This document shows positions 26,323-32,000 of a DNA stretch of 32,000 bases, piece by piece (the stretch's first letter is position 1; the number at the start of each line of letters is the position of its first letter). The translations under genes were made by a program, and so were the position numbers. Origin of the DNA: Wallemia ichthyophaga EXF-994 (Eukaryota > Fungi > Basidiomycota); assembly GCF_000400465.1 (NCBI RefSeq), contig NW_008806275.1, positions 369,656 through 401,655 on the forward strand. Reading direction: 5' to 3'. The notes beneath the pieces were generated by a model, which worked only from the letters and a program-made list of their open reading frames with translations, was not told the origin of the DNA and searched no databases.

Positions 26323-28531
26323 TCAATTAATCAAGTGACTACTGGGCAATTTTAAAGCCACCTTCAACAGCTCCACCCTTGTATGCTCCGATTGAGGTGA
26401 CTCTCTAGCTTCATTCCGCTGTGCTTGTTGTTTCTTAGCGGTACTAGATCTGCTAGCTCTTTTTGATCGTTTGTTTGTGACTGGTTTGGGTATACTGGGT
26501 GCGACGACTTTAAAAACTGACGATGTAGCAGGTCTATTACTGCCATCATCACTGTAGTTGTCATCGACGTCCATCTTAATCTCCTCCGGTTGAGCTTTGA
26601 CGTCGACATTGTTCCGTGCCTGAGTATCCATGTTCACTTTTTCTGCCATTTCCTTCAATGAAGCCAACACACCGGCTGGATCATCTTCTGGCCTCTGGTG
26701 AATTTCTTCATGGGGTAATTTGGACAATTCTCTAATACTTTCATTGAACAACAGTGTGTGGCTGTGGACCTTCGATTGAGTCGACCGTAGGTATGACTTG
26801 TACGCTAAATCTCTAATCTCCTTTCGTCTAACGTCGTTGTAATACTCGAATGACTGCTTTACACTACCGTCCACACACCCACTCTTTATCTTCTTGTACA
26901 CATCCTCAAACATTGCGAATTGATCTGACACTCTATATATGTACTTTTCTCTGAAGTATTTGTAGAGGCGCTGAGCACGTTCATCGTCTGGCTGTATACC
27001 AGAGTCTATTAATGACTCTTTGATAAACCTCGATATGCTCCGCAAAAACGCCTTGCCTTGCGTACCGCCAAAAAAGACATCATCGATGTACGCCTCGCCG
27101 TTCTTTATCTGATCGTGCAGGTAATTCCTGTAAAAGACCTCCCATCCCCCGTTCCCGGGAACTGGTTTGACTGGGCCATACTTTTCCTTGAGATACTCAT
27201 ATATCTCCGCCGACCTCTCATCATTCATCCGCTTGGACATTACATGTATCATGGCATCCCCTTCAACATGATAAGCTGCCTTGATCAAGTTGTCATTGTT
27301 GGCGCTCAATAAGAGTGGAACGTTCTGAAACGATCCGTAGTCAAGTACTGTGGCCTGTCGTGGTTCATCTTTATCTACCTGTGGTTCAGGTGCTGGTTGT
27401 GGTTGCGGTGTTTGAGATTGTGGGGTAGATTGTTGAGGAGTTTGTGATCGCTGATGAGGTTGAGGTGTTTGGAAATGCTGTGATTGATACTGCTGCTGAT
27501 GTTGATGCTGATGGTGTTGTTGTTTCGGCTGGACATGGGTTGCATACTTGAAATAGAATCCTCTTTTCGGCGGAAGATACACCGGTCTGAAATTACTTTC
27601 CGTAGGCGGCGTACACACCGGCTGGAGGAACGGAGTATTGAATCTCCATCTGGATGGAATCAGAGACCAAGGATCATCAACTGGCAATGTGTAAATCATC
27701 AGTCAAAACAATGAGATTGAACCCACACTCATCAGCTTTGATAGAACCATCAGCATTCTTTTGATATGGATCTTTCTCAAGTTGCTCCTGCTCCTTTTTC
27801 GTCAGCCGTTTTTTCTGAATCCTGGACTTCTTGGCGTAGATGGAAGGTGTGTTGAGAGGAACAAAAGGATTGGGTTCTGAGTAGAGCCTCAGGTTGTCTA
27901 AAAACTGTGATGGGTTAAAAACGTCCAATTGATAAGATGGTTTGGGCTGTTGGGCATCGTCGACTTGGTGAACCAATGGAGAAGGCTCTGTGGGTTTGAC
28001 GTCTTCATCCTCAGATTCTTCCTCATCCTCTGAATAGATACCCCAAGCTATTGGCAGGGATTGATGTACAACGGGTTTATCGTTGACAATTACGTAATTT
28101 GAGCTTTCTTGTTGCAACAGAGAAAGAAAGAAGGATTCAAACTCGATGGCCTTTGAGTGGAAGTAATTGTCAGGGGGATTGTACATCTTTGCGTTATTCG
28201 ATATTAGCAGTAAATCCGCTTTGAGAGCATCCAAGTCCTTATAACAAGACTTGGATTTAACGGTGGAGAGATCCATCGGGAATTTGATGAGCTTGGTGTA
28301 GTCTCTGAGTAATTTTGTATTTACTGGCTTGTGGAAGATACCCTCGCTGTCAAATTCCCATAAAGAGTGTACGATATCGCTGATGGATTGCGTGAGCGAC
28401 TTGGACTGCTTCTCTGGGAGCTGGGCTTCTTGCGGCTGCTCGAGCTTATCATCGAATTTAGTGAAATCCTTATCGTCCAAGATGAGATCATTGTTTATTA
28501 GATCAGTGTCGAAAATATCGTCGTAGTCCAT
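26323..28531 (-). CDS. bromodomain-containing protein (BRD7/9-like, basidiomycete type)
   Basis: Bromodomain (IFHKPV..DY..IKFPMDLSTVK..NAKMYNPPDNYF) joined by a GTGGGT..GCCAG intron to ORF 26323-27699 (DYGSF, YIDDVFFGG..AFLRSI, Q/H/P-rich linker). Start taken as MDYDDIF at 28531. Confidence 0.85.
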
Positions 28532-28544
28532 CTTGTGTACGCCG

Positions 28545-30017
28545 ATGATGGAGGTCAGCCTTAGAGATCTAAAATTATTATTATTAGGCGGTGTATCTGC
28601 GAGCGCTATTATTTGGCTTTCTAGATGTTTATTCGTGACCCAGCCCAAAAAATCTGTAACTAGCAGCTCTTTAGCTTCATCGTCGACACACACACCTGCG
28701 GAGCACAGTGAGGACCTGATAAGAGAGCAGCTATCGAGGAATTATGCGTTTTTAGGCGACGACTCAATGTCTAAGATACGCGGCTCGTTCGTCGTGATCA
28801 TTGGTTTGGGCGGCGTCGGATCCTGGGCCACGACGATGCTGGTACGCTCTGGAGTGTCTAAAGTTAGGCTGGTAGACTTTGATCAAGTCACTTTATCCTC
28901 TCTCAACAGACACGCAACAGCTCAATTAAAAGACGTTGGGAAATCTAAAGTGGATGGTGTGAAACAATACCTCAGCTCAGTGGCACCTTGGTGCCAAATA
29001 GAAGCCCAAAATGAGCTCTGGAATGAAGGCGTAGATGGGGATAGACTGCTGTCAGGTAGTCCTGATTATGTTATCGACGCAATCGATCACATACCGACCA
29101 AAGTCGCTTTATTGAAGAGGTGTAAGCAACTCAACCTCAATGTTCTGTCTTGTGCAGGCGCGGGTGCTAAACAAGATCCCTCACGTGTCCAGATTGCTGA
29201 CATGTCCAACACATTCGAAGACCCTCTCGCAAGAACGATCAGACGCAAGTTGAGATCTGATGGCGTTGGTATACCGTGGGTGTAACATTTCTTAGGAGTG
29301 TAAATCAATAACAGAACTTCAGTGTTGTCTATTCAACTGAGAAGCCAGGTGATGTCAAACTTCTTCCACTCCCTGAGGAAGAATTTGCCAAAGGCAAGGT
29401 GCAGGAGTTGTCTGCCTTTGATGATTTTAGAGTGAGACTTCTTCCTGTGTTGGGTGGGTTGCAACCATGTTCTTTGTTGCACCGCTGACACTCAAATCAG
29501 GCCCCCTTCCTGCAATGTTCGGTTTGGCTGCGTCGACTCATATCCTATTATCGTTGGCAGGTAAAGAGGACTACGCGCCATTGCCTGTGAAGAACAGACC
29601 GAAGCTATACGAGAAGGTTTTTAGAGACTTCCACAAGAAGGAAGGAAAGCCTACTGTGTACGGCTCAAATGAGTGAGAATACTATCTTCAATAAACCAAC
29701 CATACTGATGGACACGCAGACCAATATGCATCGACGTAAATCAAGTTGGCTACATCCTGGACGAGATCTACAATGCCAAGAGCGCTCTTCCACCACACAA
29801 CACCCTGTCTAGACCAGCTTTAGTTAGATGGGACACGTCCAAGCCACTCTCTATCACCAACTTGGCTGCTATGGAATACAAAGATGCTCAGCATCATTAC
29901 GGATCACTATTGAGTCAATGCGAAGGGTCTGGTCTACTAGTTTGGGGTCAGGAAGCGCAAGATTACTTCACTAGAAAGTCGAAGGAAGTTGAAAAGGATC
30001 TCAAAGCATTAGAGTAG
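28545..30017 (+). CDS. TCD1: ThiF/E1-like tRNA threonylcarbamoyladenosine dehydratase
   Basis: N-terminal TM, EQLSRNYAFLG, GLGGVGSW, VDFDQVTLSSLNRH, VIDAIDH, DPLARTIRRKL, VVYSTEKP, LGPLPAMFG; three introns, stop 30015-30017. Confidence 0.92.
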
Positions 30018-30183
30018 TCATATGTAGCTTATTCATATAGAATACAAGGAATACCTCCATCTAAACTTTCAGTTAAGCCAGTTTACATCAGAGCATTACA
30101 AACGACAAATTCTGGTATGAAGTACAGCGAGCAGCCAACCAAACCTCCGCAAAACGCAAAAGGAATGACGGCCAACAAGCAAC

Positions 30184-30300
30184 TAATGTCCAAAATGCCA
30201 TTTGCAGCTATATCTGAGAATGGATAATAACTTTGGTGTCATCGTCTTGTTTAGAGGGAGGTATGACATTTCCAAAACAAAAGACAATAACTCAAACAAG
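30184..30300 (-). ncRNA. candidate box H/ACA snoRNA targeting 18S U1414/U1415
   Basis: Hairpin (TGTTTGAG/CTCTAAACA), H box AGACGA 30247-30242, second hairpin (CCAAAG/TTTTGG), ACA 30189-30187 plus 3 nt. Pocket TTATTGTCTT and ACCTCC pair with 18S GAGGCAAUAA and GGA(A/G)GU, 15 nt from the H box. Upper stem is weak. Confidence 0.5.
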
Positions 30301-30376
30301 GTACTGGCTTTAGTTAATGACTGTATAGATTGTTAGATGGTTGTATATCCAAGTAGAAGTGCGAATAGCGTAAACG

Positions 30377-30465
30377 TTGTCAGCGTTAGAAAGTGTCTTT
30401 TGGTAAATAGTTATCTTCAGCGAGTTTACAGAAGCAGAACTGTTATTTACTTGATCATCATCGAA
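30377..30465 (-). ncRNA. snR61: box C/D snoRNA, snR61/SNORD38-like (25S Am1133, yeast numbering)
   Basis: Box C ATGATGA 30461-30455; guide CAGTTCTGCTT (30442-30432) antisense to 25S AAGCAGAACUG, followed by D'-like CTGT; box D CTGA 30383-30380; ~14-bp external stem GTGCGAATGGGCGTA/TACGCTATTCGCAC. Confidence 0.85.
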
Positions 30466-30579
30466 TACGCCCATTCGCACCTCAACAGCAATTTACTTAC
30501 AAATTGGCTTTCCCAATTATTGAGTTCATTCAAATCTGCATGGCCAGGTCAGCGACTTCAAAATGCGTTAAGTCCGCAG

Positions 30580-30670
30580 TATGTTCAGTTGGTGGTGCAT
30601 ATGCGTTGGTACATTTATTCTTTCACCCGCGATTAGCAGCCCGTAATGGGTGGGCGTTTCATCATCGATC
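30580..30670 (-). ncRNA. snR55: box C/D snoRNA, snR55/SNORD33-like (18S Um1269, yeast numbering)
   Basis: Box C ATGATGA 30665-30659, box D CTGA 30588-30585; guide ATGCACCACCA is antisense to 18S UGGUGGUGCAU and the D+5 rule hits U1269; extra CCACCCAT is antisense to the adjacent AUGGGUGG; flanking CAGTA/TACTG stem. Confidence 0.85.
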
Positions 30671-30964
30671 TTTACTGAGGACTTGAGAGCACTCACCCAA
30701 TGTATACAAACGGCCAGGATGGATATATCATTCATAGCCTCATTTGACTCTGAAAGATTTATCCGCTCCTCACCGTAGCGAATAAAAGATTGCTCGAGCG
30801 AACAGCAAAATTTATAGGCGCAAAAAAAATCAGATTATATAAAGTCACACGCGTTTTAAGTACTGTTTGTAATCTAGCATCTGAGTATGCTTCTCTGAAT
30901 CTCACATGTAACATTTCACTCACTTTGCGCGTCAATTATCGTGTTTGCTATCATCTTACAAAAC

Positions 30965-32000
30965 TCAGTGCTTATGATTGTGCTTGTGTCCATTTCCATG
31001 GCTATGTGCATATCCGTCTTCTCCAGCCTCGTCTTCCTCCTCATCTCCGGGGAAGTTCCAGTCTTCAAAGCCGTCCTCGAACATCTCTTGAAGCTTGACC
31101 CACTTATCGTCTTGGTATTCCATCTTCATGATTTCATTGTATTCCTTCATTTCTTCGTCATTCAGCAAACACTCGTCGAATGCCTCCTCTATTGCTCTAA
31201 AATTTTCTTTCCTTCCAATCATTACTAGCTCTTGCCTTTTGTCGCCGTGTTGGCCTTCGAAGTCGGCTTTTATTGCTGTCAGTGCTAAGCCATCAACGTC
31301 CCAATCCTCTACTGGGGTCGACACATACCACGGATTGCCACCGCCAATAGTCAGCATGACACCTGCTTGACTCAGCTCACCCATCTGCTCTCTAGCTGGA
31401 AGCCAAATGAAGCCCTTTGAACGGAATAATCCGGCAAATATTGACGATTGCTTGTCTCGAAGTCTTGCTGCTGGATCTAATTGTGGTTGAATGTCTGTGT
31501 TTACTTCTTCTTCATAATCATCATCGCTTTCTTCATTGTCTTCGTCGTCTGCTTCACTTTTATCTTGATCTTCATCTTCTTCTCCCCCCTCATCCTTCCC
31601 CTCCTGGTCTTCTTCCATAGCATCTTGTATAATTACCCAGTATTTGCTGATGAGCTGCCACAATCTCAGTGGGTGGAATGGTCTGCGCCTTCTGTAGACA
31701 AAGTGGCTGATACCATATTCCTCAGTCTCACTGGAGTTCAGGTAAGACATTTCACGAGGAATTGAAAGTCACACTTACGGTTTTGGAGCCAACTTGGTCT
31801 TTCCATCAGCTTGTTTCACCTCTATAGGCAGCATCTCGCGCAGCGATTGCAACCAACCAGCCGACGTGACACATGTCTCATACTGAGAAGCAGATTAATA
31901 GCAATCCTATAGGGCACAGTGAACCCACATCAAACTTGTTGGTATTCAGCACCTTCTTCAAATCAACTTTTGAGTATGAGCATTCAGAAATCTCAGCCTT
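30965..32000 (-). CDS. CobW/COG0523-family zinc metallochaperone GTPase, C-terminal part (truncated by window end)
   Basis: AGWLQSL..PETEEYGISHFVYRRRRPFHP..RSKGFIW..WSQAG-like LSQAG..GDKRQELVMIG, acidic insert, His-rich tail HSHGNGHKHNHKH; intron 31731-31778 plus one further upstream. Confidence 0.9.

Larger units (their letters stand above)
30061..30816 (-). ncRNA. spliced non-coding snoRNA host transcript
   Basis: TATAAA 30816-30811; intron 30696-30536 (161 nt, GTGAGT..GCTGAC..TGCAG) and intron 30500-30321 (180 nt, GTAAGT..TCTAAC..TACAG), about three times longer than other introns here; exons have no coherent ORF. Confidence 0.75.

Noticed and set aside
27420-27530. Q/H/P-rich repetitive codons in the bromodomain gene
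   Set aside because: Ordinary low-complexity protein linker, not a tandem DNA repeat or mobile element.
30115-30126. GTACTTCATA resembling the U3 5' end, and ACCTTGTT (near 30302-30295) resembling the U13/snR45 guide
   Set aside because: Other U3 boxes and U13/snR45 elements are absent; short matches are expected by chance, and the H/ACA reading explains more.
30337-30636. 99-aa + strand ORF
   Set aside because: It is antisense to the snoRNA introns, has no recognisable homology, and strong splice and box signals are on the minus strand.
15214-30670. RNA-modification theme (RRP8, TCD1, snoRNAs)
   Set aside because: The genes are dispersed among unrelated ones; no evidence beyond chance.
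31754-31763. 10-nt antisense match (AATTCCTCGT) to the snR57 target in a CobW intron
   Set aside because: The intron is only 48 nt and has no C box or correctly placed D box; treated as chance.

Overview
Gene-dense, intron-rich eukaryotic DNA from a compact fungal genome. Most introns are about 40-60 nt GT-AG and intergenic gaps are often under 100 bp; the architecture and proteins suggest a basidiomycete, most likely Wallemia (inference). By splicing the ORF fragments by eye I reconstruct about 17 protein genes: VPS34, CCDC174-like, FIG4, RAB11/YPT31, SmD1, DPM3, CTP1/SAE2, NSL1/MIS14, RHO4-like, an IMPACT-domain protein, NTF2, dynein light intermediate chain, RRP8, an ENA-type P2D ATPase, a ~1430-aa orphan, a bromodomain protein, TCD1-like, and a CobW-family GTPase cut by the window end. 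The best signals are not in the ORF track. (1) A non-coding, spliced snoRNA host locus at ~30.06-30.82 kb (minus strand) has two unusually long introns holding snR55-like and snR61-like box C/D RNAs, followed by a candidate H/ACA RNA against 18S U1414/1415. (2) RAB11 has a probable U2-type AT-AC intron. (3) A spliced 58-aa signal-peptide ORF ends 12 nt upstream of, and in frame with, CTP1. (4) Head-to-head start codons lie only 13-58 bp apart. (5) The ENA promoter carries Rim101/PacC and Crz1 motifs, and an NSL1 intron carries an MCB-containing hairpin. No transposon, CRISPR array, tRNA or rRNA gene was seen. rRNA targets and family motifs are recalled from knowledge, not searched.
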